A stretch of 64,000 bases of DNA from Candidatus Eiseniibacteriota bacterium. GTDB taxonomy: Bacteria; Eisenbacteria; RBG-16-71-46; CAIMUX01; WJJG01. The stretch covers positions 22,057 through 86,056 of the forward strand of contig JAGMBO010000032.1 of assembly GCA_023129715.1 (NCBI GenBank), written 5' to 3'. The notes under the pieces are model-generated. The model saw only the letters and a list, made by a program, of their open reading frames with translations. It was not told the origin of the DNA and did no database searches. The translations under genes were made by a program, and so were the position numbers. Shown piece after piece: positions 19,824 to 28,522 of the stretch. The stretch's first letter is position 1; each line of letters starts with the position of its first letter.

Positions 19824-22800
19824 CTAATGGTCCGCCCGCTCGTGAACCTCCACGGCGAAGAGATCATCGATCATCGCGGTGATCTGATCGTCGGTGAAGT
19901 GTTGTGCGGTGATCGCGCCGGTCGGACACCAAACGGCGCAGGTGCCGCATCCCTTGCAGAGCGCCGCGTTGATGCTCGCCACCAGCGAGCCGGCAGGGTC
20001 GGTCACCAGACCCGGCGCCTGGAATTCGCAGATCGACACGCAGAGACCACATCCCCGGCAGCGGTCGGGATCGACCCGGCAGGCGGTCGGCTCGAGGAAT
20101 AGCCGGCCGGCGCCGAGCAGGGCGGCGACCCGCGCGGCTGCGGCGGAAGCCTGAATCAGCGAGTCGCGGAGATCCTTGGCCCCCTGGGCGGTGCCGCAGA
20201 GCACCACACCGTCGACGCACGTCTCGACCGGGGCCAGTTCCGGGTGGCGTTCGAGGAAGAAGCCGTCGGTGCCGCGCGGGGTCTTCAGCATCTGCTGGAC
20301 GCGACCCGCCTCTTGCGCGCGGGGCACGAGACCCACGGCCAGGACAACGAGATCCACCTCTGCGATGACCTCGCCGCGCAGCAGCGTATCCTCGGCGACG
20401 ACCTCGTGCGCCCGGCCATCGCGGCCCTGAACCACAGGGGGAGCACTGGCGTCGTAGCGGATGAAGAGCGTACCCATCTCGCGGGCCTGGCGATAGCTCT
20501 CCTCGGCGCCACAGCCGACCATGCGCATGTCGCGATAGAAGATAGTCGAGTCGATGTCATGCCCGTGGAGCTGCTGTGCCTGCTTGATCGTGGTCGGGCA
20601 GCAGATGCGGGAACACCCGGGGCAACCCGTCGCCGCGGGGCGCTCCGCGGATTCGGCCCCGTCGGTGCGCGCGGCTGCGGAGTCGGCAGGATCCCGTCGT
20701 GAGCCGACACACTGGATGAAGGCGACGCGCTCGACCCCCGCGAGGCCCTCGGTGCCCTGGGCCAGCCGGGCCTCCAGCTCCACCGAGGTGATCACGTTGC
20801 GATAGGTTCGATACCCGAACTCACCCTCCGCGGGCACATAGGGGTCGGCGCCGATGGCGACGACGATCGCGCCCGCTTCGATGTCCTCCTCATCGGGGCC
20901 TGGTTCGACGGGGGTGCGGGGGGCGGGATGCTCCCCGGCGGACTCCCGGGTAGCATCCCGGGATTCCGGCTTCCCGGAGATGGTTTCCCCGGAATCCTGC
21001 GCCGGTCCCAGCCGAACCCGGAAGTTGCCGACGAAGCCGGTCACCTGTCGGATGTCGGTGGACAGCCGCAGATCGACGCCGCTCTCCGCGACACGTGCCA
21101 GCATGCTTCCAACGGCCTCCTGCGCGTCCCGTCCGTCGGGATAGAGTGAGTGAAGATCGCGCAGCAGTCCGCCCGCAGCGGGAGCGCTCTCGATCAGGGT
21201 CACCTCGAAACCGAGGGCCTTGAGATCACTGGCGGCCTTCATTCCCGGCAAGCCGGCGCCCATGACAACCACCCGGCGGCTCACACTGACCTCGATCGGC
21301 TCGAGCGGCTCGAGGCGGCGGGCGCGCGCGACGCCCATTCGCAGCAAGTCGAGCGCCTTGGCGGTCGCCTGGCCGGGGGCGGCGGCATGGACCCAGGAGC
21401 ACTGATCGCGAACGTTGACCATCTCGAGCAAGTAGGGGTTCAGCCCCGCCTCAAGGCAGTTCTGCCGGAAGATCGGCTCGTGGGTCCGCGGCGTGCAGGC
21501 GGCCACGACGACGCGGGTGAGCTTGTGCTCCTCGATCGCATCCTGGATCGCCTGCTGCGAGCTGCTCGAGCAGGCGAAGAGCTCCTCGCCGACATGGACG
21601 ACGCTCGGGAGGTCGCGGGCGGTGGCCAGGAGCGCCGACATGTCGAGAACTCCGGCGATATTGACTCCACAATGACAGAGAAAGACGCCGATGCGTGGCG
21701 CCCCATCCTCGACGGTATCGCCGCCTGCGATGCCGTGGTCGTCCCATTCGTTGGCGGCGTGTTCCTCGACAGCCGATTCACCCGCAGCCTCCGATGGGCA
21801 CGCGGTCCCCGCCGCGGCAGGGACAGGCGGCACGCCGCCGCCCAGGGAGATCGCCGCCTCGGTCGCCGCCGCCGACCCCTGAGTCACGCAGTCGGGGATC
21901 ACCTGCGGCCCGGTTGCGCTGCCACAGACGAAGACGCCGGCCCGATTGCTGGCCATCGGCCGCTCGCCCGGGCTGGTCTGGAAGAAGCCGTGGGGAGTAG
22001 TAGTGATGCCCAGACGTGCGGCGAGCTCGGCGGTGCCGTCGGTCGGCACACCGCCGCAGGAGAGAATGACCATGTCGGCAGTGAGCCGTAGCTGCTCGCC
22101 GGTCTCGGTGTTCTCGACGGCGACCTGCAGGTCATGCGAGGCGGGGTCTTCGAGGATCTTGGCGGGCCGGCCGCGCAGGAAGTGGATCCACTCGGTGTCC
22201 CGGGCGCGCCCGTAGAACTCCTCGAAGCCCTTGCCGAAGGCGCGCACGTCGGTGTAGAGAATCGTTACCGCCTCCAGGTCGGGTTCGTGCTGTTTGAGCA
22301 GCAACCCATCCTTGATCGCGTTCATGCAGCAGAAACGCGAGCAGTAGGCGCGCCCCGCCTCACCGCGCGATCCGACGCACTGTACGTAGATCAGGTTGCG
22401 GGGAGAGCCGCCGTCGGAAGGACGGCGCACATGGCCCAGGGTGGGGCCCGAGGCGTTGAGGAGGCGCTCGAGTTCCAGGCTGGTCAGGACGTTGGGATAG
22501 ACTCCGTAGCCGTAGTTGCGCAGCACGCGCGGATCGAATTCGTCGAAGCCGGTCGCGGCGATTACCGCGCCGACCTCGAGGATCCGATCCTCCGGTGTTG
22601 CATCGAGGTCGATGGCATCGCGCGTACAGGCCTTGACGCAGAGCTTGCACTGGCGGCAGAGCTCGAAATCGATCGCATAGGCGGCGGGGACCGATTGGGG
22701 GAAGGGGCGTCCGATCGCCTTGCGCGGCCCCATCCCGGCATCGAAGCGGCTGAGCCCCTCGGCGGGACAGACCTCGGCGCAGGCGCCACAGGCGGTGCAG

Positions 22801-23126
22801 CGCGCTTCATCGACCCCCGTCGGGTGCCGGCGGATGGTGGCGCGAAAGGCCCCCGCCTCACCCTCGAGAGTGAGGAGCTCGGAACAGCGCAAGATCTCGA
22901 TCCGGGGATGCCGACCGGCATCCATCATCTTGGGACCGAGGATTCAGATCGCGCAGTCCATCGTGGGAAAGGTCTTGTCGAGCTGGGCCATCCGCCCGCC
23001 CAACGACGGCGTGCGCTCTACCAGGAAGACCTGATGCTGCGCCGTGGCCAGATCCAGGGCGGCCTGGATCCCGGCAATGCCGCCGCCGATGACGAGAACC
23101 GCCCTGTCTCGGTCGCTGCCTGCCAT
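19824..23126 (-). CDS. hdrA: Tandem-domain HdrA-like flavoprotein (HdrA2-type). N-terminal FAD module has in-frame UGA (predicted Sec at 22944-22946). Second HdrA-like module lacks the Sec/Cys motif. C-terminal 2x[4Fe-4S] ferredoxin.
   Basis: The track splits it into 22944..23126 and 19824..22928. ...[37 protein letters not shown] second CxCGxNIA domain ([15 protein letters not shown]) and a second Rossmann module ([17 protein letters not shown]) follow. C-terminus [13 protein letters not shown]...[12 protein letters not shown]. Confidence 0.8.
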
Positions 23127-23143
23127 GATCCCCCTTCCTTGTT

Positions 23144-23722
23144 TCAGATGTCCGCGGCCTTGGCCGGCCCGCCCTTGGCGGCTACCGCCTCGGCGGCGTA
23201 TTGCAACCCCTGTTCGAGGGCTGAGAGGTTGAAGTCCTCGGTCCCCGCGGGCACCGAGGTGCGCACCGCTTCGCGCAGCGCCTCGACCTCAACGAGGCCG
23301 GTACAGCCGACGAGGAAGCCGAGCATGACGATATTGGCCGCCATGCGACGGCCCATCTTCTCCGCCGTGCGCGTCGCCGGTACGGAGGCGACGAAGCTCG
23401 CCTGGGCGGGCGGTGTTCCCGCGTCGACCAGATCCTGGTCGTAGAGCAGCACGCCTCCGTCAATGAGCTCCTCCGTCCAGCTGTCGTAGCCCTCCTGCGA
23501 CATCGCCACCAGGATTTCCTGACCGCGGACGTAGGGGTAGTGGATCGGTTCGTCGGCGACGACGACCTGCGCAGCGCAGGCGCTGCCGCGGGCCTCGGGA
23601 CCATAGGACTGCACCAGGGTGGCCGACTTATGGTCGTAGACGCTGGCCGCCTTCCCGAGAACGTAACCCGCCAGGACGATTCCCTGCCCGCCGAACCCGG
23701 TGATACGGATCTCTCTTCTCAT
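23144..23722 (-). CDS. korC: 2-oxoacid:ferredoxin oxidoreductase gamma subunit.
   Basis: [22 protein letters not shown]... matches the Por/Kor gamma family signature. 17-nt gap to hdrA2. Confidence 0.8.
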   Translation of the reverse strand: MRREIRITGFGGQGIVLAGYVLGKAASVYDHKSATLVQSYGPEARGSACAAQVVVADEPIHYPYVRGQEILVAMSQEGYDSWTEELIDGGVLLYDQDLVDAGTPPAQASFVASVPATRTAEKMGRRMAANIVMLGFLVGCTGLVEVEALREAVRTSVPAGTEDFNLSALEQGLQYAAEAVAAKGGPAKAADI

Positions 23723-23742
23723 CGCGTTTGCTCCACTCGTCG

Positions 23743-24648
23743 CTAACGTCCCCGCCGCTGCGCCAGATTGGCGCCCATCCGGTCGAGGAAGGTCGGTTTC
23801 TCGATGTCGACGAACTTGCCGACGACGATCTTCTCCTGGAAGCCGATGTCGATCTCGGCGGTATTGGCGCCGTGGCGGACTTCGCAGTTGTCGTGATAGA
23901 ACTTCATCAAGTCGGTGCCGGTGCCCAGGCGATTCTTGCGCGCATAGAGCGTCGAACAGGGGGCGATGACCTCGATGAAGGAGAATCCTCGATGGCTGAG
24001 CGCCGCGACCATCGCCTGCTTCATGCGGCGCACGTGCAGGGCGGTCCAGCGCGCGACGTAGGTGGCGCCACAGGAGGCGACCAGGTGGGGGACATTGAAG
24101 GGGTACTCGCTGTTCCCGTAAGGCGAGGTCGTGGTGCGGGCGCCGTGCGGGGTCGTCGGGGCGAGTTGCCCGCCGGTCATGCCATAGATGAAGTTGTTGA
24201 CGCAGATGATCGTGATGTCGATATTGCGCCGCGCCGCATGGATCAGATGATTGCCGCCGATCGCCACCAGATCTCCGTCACCGCTGAAGACGACCACCTT
24301 CAGCTTCGGATTCGCCAGGTGCAGCCCCGTCGCAAAGGGGATCGCCCTGCCGTGGGTCGTGTGGAAGGAGTCGAGGTTGACATAGCCGGCGACCCGTCCC
24401 GTGCAACCGATGCCGGAGACCACGGCGAATCGCTCCTCGGGGATGCCGCTCTCCTCGATCGCCTCGACGAAGCTGCTGACGCAGGTGCCGATGCCGCAGG
24501 TCGGGCACCAGATGTGCGGCAGGCGATCGCTGCGCAGCAGGCGGTCCTTGGGATGCGCATGAGCCTCGCGGACATCCGGCGCCGGCGGGGCTGCGGTGTC
24601 CGATCCGCCGGCTCCTGCACCGGCCGCTGTTGCGGCTTTCTGGTTCAT
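23743..24648 (-). CDS. korB: 2-oxoacid:ferredoxin oxidoreductase beta subunit (TPP-binding).
   Basis: WCPTCGIG...GIGCTGR...VVFSGDGDLVAIGGNHLIHAARRNIDITIICVNNFIYGMTGGQ, a TPP-binding motif. Confidence 0.85.
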   Translation of the reverse strand: MNQKAATAAGAGAGGSDTAAPPAPDVREAHAHPKDRLLRSDRLPHIWCPTCGIGTCVSSFVEAIEESGIPEERFAVVSGIGCTGRVAGYVNLDSFHTTHGRAIPFATGLHLANPKLKVVVFSGDGDLVAIGGNHLIHAARRNIDITIICVNNFIYGMTGGQLAPTTPHGARTTTSPYGNSEYPFNVPHLVASCGATYVARWTALHVRRMKQAMVAALSHRGFSFIEVIAPCSTLYARKNRLGTGTDLMKFYHDNCEVRHGANTAEIDIGFQEKIVVGKFVDIEKPTFLDRMGANLAQRRGR

Positions 24649-25802
24649 GAGCTGGCCTCCTCGATTCTGGCGAGTATCGTCTCCGGATCGTGAACCGCGC
24701 CGCCGGCATGCGGCACGTGGATCGTCCTGGCGCGTCCTGCCGCGCAGCGTTCGACCTCGTAGACCATCTGACCCAGGTTGATTTCCGGGACGACGAAGCC
24801 CTTGATCCGTGTCGCAAGCTCACGGATCACGCGCTCGGGAAACGGCCAGGCGACAATCAGGCGCAGGAGACCGACCCGCCGGCCTTGCTGGCGTGCCATC
24901 TCGACGGCCAACTGCGCGACGCGCGAGGTGATCCCGTAGCAGACGACGACGACCTCGGCCTCCGCGATACCGTCGCTCTCGTAGCGAATGATCTGCTCCG
25001 CATTCTTGCGGATCTTCTCGATCAACCGGGGCACCATCCGCTGCTGCACCGGGGCGACGACTTCCGGGTAGCCCCGCTCATCATGAGTCAATCCGGTCAC
25101 GTGAATGCGGTAGCCCTGACCGGCGGCGACCATCAGCGGGACGAGGTTCTCTTCGGGTTGATAGGGGAGGTAGTCCGCGGGCGCGGCGTCGGTGATCCGC
25201 CGTTCGATGCGGGCGATCTGATCCTCCGGCGGAATGACGACCTTCTCGGTCATGTGGCCGACGACTTCATCGCTCATCACCAAGACCGGAAGGCGGTAGG
25301 TCTCCGAGAGATTGAAGGCGTCGATGGTGAGGTCGAAACACTCCTGGGGCGAGTTGGGACAGAGGGCGATGATCTCGTAGTCGCCGTGGGATCCCCAGCG
25401 GGCCTGCATCATGTCCTGCTGGCCGACAAGCGTCGGCAGGCCGGTTGAGGGTCCCCCGCGCTGGACATTGACCAGCACGCAGGGGGTCTCGGTCATCACC
25501 CCGAGGCCGAGATTCTCCATCATCAGGCTGAAACCCGGTCCCGAGGTCGAGGTCATCGACTTGCGCCCGGCCCACGAGGCGCCCAGGATGGCGCCCATCG
25601 AGGCGATCTCGTCCTCCATCTGGATGAAGATGCCTTCGACGTCTGGCATCCGCTCCGACATCCGCTCGGCGACCTCGGTGGCGGGGGTGATCGGATAGCC
25701 GGCGAAGAAGGTACAGCCGACCGCCAAGGCTCCCTCGGCCGCGGCCACGTCGCCGTTCATGAAATGCTCGCCGGTGAGGACGGCGCCCCGAGGCTCACTC
25801 AC
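24645..25802 (-). CDS. korA: 2-oxoacid:ferredoxin oxidoreductase alpha subunit.
   Basis: LTGEHFMNGDVAAAEGALAVGCTFFAGYPITPATEV... GTG 25802 preceded by AAGGAGG. 8-nt overlap with korD. The track ORF N-terminal extension is a read-through. Confidence 0.85.
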   Translation of the reverse strand: MSEPRGAVLTGEHFMNGDVAAAEGALAVGCTFFAGYPITPATEVAERMSERMPDVEGIFIQMEDEIASMGAILGASWAGRKSMTSTSGPGFSLMMENLGLGVMTETPCVLVNVQRGGPSTGLPTLVGQQDMMQARWGSHGDYEIIALCPNSPQECFDLTIDAFNLSETYRLPVLVMSDEVVGHMTEKVVIPPEDQIARIERRITDAAPADYLPYQPEENLVPLMVAAGQGYRIHVTGLTHDERGYPEVVAPVQQRMVPRLIEKIRKNAEQIIRYESDGIAEAEVVVVCYGITSRVAQLAVEMARQQGRRVGLLRLIVAWPFPERVIRELATRIKGFVVPEINLGQMVYEVERCAAGRARTIHVPHAGGAVHDPETILARIEEASS

Positions 25803-26259
25803 GGCTGGCCTCCTTCTGGCTGCGGGACGATGCTCGCTGCGCGCCTGCCGGTGGTCCGGCGGGCGGCTCCGCGGACGACTGTGCTGCCGACTGCTCGGGG
25901 GACTGCCCGGCCGACTGCTCGGGGGACTGCCCGGCCGGTTGCTCGGCGGATTGCCCGGCCGGTTGCTCGGCGGATTGCCCGGCCGGTTGCTCGGCGCCGG
26001 GGTCGGGCACATCCTCCGAGTAGATGGCGAACTCGGGGCAAATGATCTCGCAGAGGCTGCAATTGACACAGGCGTCTTCTTTGACCGGCTCGGGATAGTG
26101 GTAGCCCTTCTTGTTGTATCTCTCCGAGATGACCAGGACGTCCCGCGGGCAGTATTCGACGCAGAACCCGCAGCCCTTGCAGCGCTCGACAATGATGTAG
26201 ATGCGCCCCCGTGGCGGCATGAACTGCTGCCGGTCCAATGGCGTTCTCCAAAAGCGCAT
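25795..26259 (-). CDS. korD: 2-oxoacid:ferredoxin oxidoreductase delta subunit (2x[4Fe-4S] ferredoxin) with an unusual C-terminal octapeptide-repeat tail (AEQPAGQS x5).
   Basis: CKGCGFCVEYCP and CVNCSLCEIICP. C-terminal tandem 24-nt DNA repeats at about 25878-25999. RBS GGAAGGG. Confidence 0.75.
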   Translation of the reverse strand: MRFWRTPLDRQQFMPPRGRIYIIVERCKGCGFCVEYCPRDVLVISERYNKKGYHYPEPVKEDACVNCSLCEIICPEFAIYSEDVPDPGAEQPAGQSAEQPAGQSAEQPAGQSPEQSAGQSPEQSAAQSSAEPPAGPPAGAQRASSRSQKEASRE

Positions 26260-26307
26260 GGGTGAGCCCTTCCGTTGCCCGTCGGGGGGCGAAGTGCATG
26301 GGGATGT

Positions 26308-26841
26308 CTAGGTGCGCAGCGACATGATCAGCAGATCGTGGTTTTTCCCCTTGGTGTCCTTCACGAAGCCTTTCAACGTGCCATCCTCCTTGAAGTCGAG
26401 CTCCTCGAAGAAATGGATCACGGCGGGTTGATCGCTCATCAAATGCACCTCGATCTTTTCGAGATCCTCGGCGATGCCGTGGGCAAGGATCTGGCGGCAG
26501 AGGAATTCGGCCAGACCAGTGCGGCGGAAGTCGGGGGCCACAATTACGCGCACCTCACCGACGTGGGAGCCGAGGCCAAAGGTGCGATGCTCAATTGAGC
26601 CCTCGGCCACAATGCGCTCGCCGGCCAGGGCGACGAGCCGTAGCACGTTCCAACGCGCGGGGGGGTTCATGCGTCGCTCGACGATGTCACGCTGGGTGAC
26701 GTCGACGCGCAGGTGGAGGCGGTCTTCCTCGGGGAGCGAGCCGAAGAACTCCAATAGGGGAAACAGGTCGTCGGAGCGCAGCGGCCGAACCGCTACCACC
26801 TTGCCGTTCCGGCACTTGAGACTTCTCGGATAGCGGACCAT
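26308..26841 (-). CDS. GNAT-family N-acetyltransferase (paralog 1).
   Basis: GNAT fold pattern with acetyl-CoA binding region (RRTGLAEFLCRQILAHG). 48 nt upstream of korD. Confidence 0.65.
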   Translation of the reverse strand: MVRYPRSLKCRNGKVVAVRPLRSDDLFPLLEFFGSLPEEDRLHLRVDVTQRDIVERRMNPPARWNVLRLVALAGERIVAEGSIEHRTFGLGSHVGEVRVIVAPDFRRTGLAEFLCRQILAHGIAEDLEKIEVHLMSDQPAVIHFFEELDFKEDGTLKGFVKDTKGKNHDLLIMSLRT

Positions 26842-26860
26842 TGCCCCCTGATGTCCCTCC

Positions 26861-27460
26861 CTAGTGTCGCTCCCGCCCGTGGCCGTCCATTGCGTGCATC
26901 ATGTCTTCCAGGCGCCGCCAGAGCTTCTTGATGTTGACCGTCATCACGGCGACGTCCTTCAGTTCGCCGTGCAGGGTGCGCACATGGTCGGGCAGGACCG
27001 CCTCCGTCTGAAATCCCAGGCTCTCGGCCATACGTACCGCCGGGCGCTGCTCTTGCACCACCATCCCAAAGAGCTTTTCCACCTTGCGGCGGGTCGCCTC
27101 CTGATAGAGCCCGCTGAACATAATCGAGCCCAGCCCGCGGCCGCGGTAGGGGCGAGCGATGATGCAGCGCAGCTCGGCGGTGTGGCGCATCCATCCGTAG
27201 CGTGGCTGGGAGAGCGTGGCGTCGGCGACGATCTCATCGCCATCCAACGCCACCAGGCGCCAGTGCTCGCGGGCGTCGGTCTTTTCCATCCGGATGCGCA
27301 CATTCTCGATCTGGGCCACGTCCGTGCGGAGGAACTGGCGGTCTTCTTCGGGGAGTGCGAGAAAGAAACGGTGGGATTGCTCAAGATCCTCCTCGCGCAT
27401 CGGGCGCAGGAGAATCTCGGTGCCGTCACGTAGTTGGACGGTCTTCGGATACGCAGCCAT
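26861..27460 (-). CDS. GNAT-family N-acetyltransferase (paralog 2, tandem to the previous).
   Basis: Alignable to paralog 1 (ILLRPMREEDLEQSHRFFLALPEEDRQFLRTDVAQ vs VAVRPLRSDDLFPLLEFFGSLPEEDRLHLRVDVTQ). RGRGLGSIMF is an acetyl-CoA motif. ATG 27460. Confidence 0.65.
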   Translation of the reverse strand: MAAYPKTVQLRDGTEILLRPMREEDLEQSHRFFLALPEEDRQFLRTDVAQIENVRIRMEKTDAREHWRLVALDGDEIVADATLSQPRYGWMRHTAELRCIIARPYRGRGLGSIMFSGLYQEATRRKVEKLFGMVVQEQRPAVRMAESLGFQTEAVLPDHVRTLHGELKDVAVMTVNIKKLWRRLEDMMHAMDGHGRERH

Positions 27461-27707
27461 GCGCGACGTCCTTTTTCCGTCGGCACGCGTTCCGTCAGGG
27501 CGACCTGACCGGCCCGGAGGCCGGCGGCCGAGAAATACATCCGTCAGGATAGCCAAACCGCAAGGGGATGTAAACCCTGGAGGTTCCGCTCGCGGATGGC
27601 TCACCGCGGGAGGCCTCCGGCGGGGGGCGCGGGGCCGACAGATCTCCCCCCCCGGCCCCGGCCGGAGTCGGGTCCCGGAGCGGGTGCCCGGGCCACGACC
27701 GAGGCGT

Positions 27708-28454
27708 CTAGCGCCCCATCGCCTCCATCGGATTGAAGGTCTTCTTCTCGTATCCCTTGGGCAGTCGGAAGACTTCCCGCGGGGCCTTCTCCTCGCGGAT
27801 CTCGATCACCTCGGTGCGCTGCTTCGTCTCCTGGCCCATGACCTGCACGGTCTGTTCCTGGAGGACAATGATGCCCTTGATCTTCTGGAAGCTGCTCATC
27901 GCGTCCTTGGTGACCGGGTTGACCGAGAAGAGAGCCTCATAGAGCTTCCAGTAGAGCTTGGGGTCGACAGAGGTGTCTTCGGTCGCCCAGGCATCCATTT
28001 GGATAGTCACGAAGTTGTTCTTCATCTCGACCTGATAGAGCCGCGCGTCCCAGGAACGGATCTCCTTCGTCTGATCCGTCGGGGTGACGGTGATCGTCGT
28101 CTGCATGGCCTGCATCATCTGCTTGAACATCTGGGCACTGGGATCGTCTTCCGGGAGGACATTGGCCAGATCGATCGGCAGCGAGAGCATGACGTAGCTC
28201 TGGTCCTCGTGGTTGATCAGGTAGAATTGCGATAGATCCAGGCGTACGAGGGCGTCGGCGCCCCCGCCGGAGACGGCCAGGCGATCCGTGGAGAGCCAAA
28301 TCGTGGACGTGTCGTCCTGGGCGGTTTGGGTCTCACCCATCGCCGAGGGCAGATCCGTGTGGACGATCTGGCGGATGAGTACATCTCCGAGAGCCGGCCC
28401 GGGCAAAAGGGCCAGAGCGATCAGCCCGAGCATTATCACGCCGAAACACCGCAT
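27708..28454 (-). CDS. Secreted hypothetical protein (signal peptide, no recognizable catalytic motifs).
   Basis: MRCFGVIMLGLIALALLPGPALG signal peptide. Strong RBS AAAGGAGGGAAG. The track ORF's long upstream extension has no RBS or signal peptide and is read-through. Confidence 0.55.
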   Translation of the reverse strand: MRCFGVIMLGLIALALLPGPALGDVLIRQIVHTDLPSAMGETQTAQDDTSTIWLSTDRLAVSGGGADALVRLDLSQFYLINHEDQSYVMLSLPIDLANVLPEDDPSAQMFKQMMQAMQTTITVTPTDQTKEIRSWDARLYQVEMKNNFVTIQMDAWATEDTSVDPKLYWKLYEALFSVNPVTKDAMSSFQKIKGIIVLQEQTVQVMGQETKQRTEVIEIREEKAPREVFRLPKGYEKKTFNPMEAMGR

Positions 28455-28522
28455 TACTTCCCTCCTTTGGGCTCTTGACTCGGCCGCGCCGTGCCGCGCC
28501 GGCTGAGTCGGTGGTATCGGTC

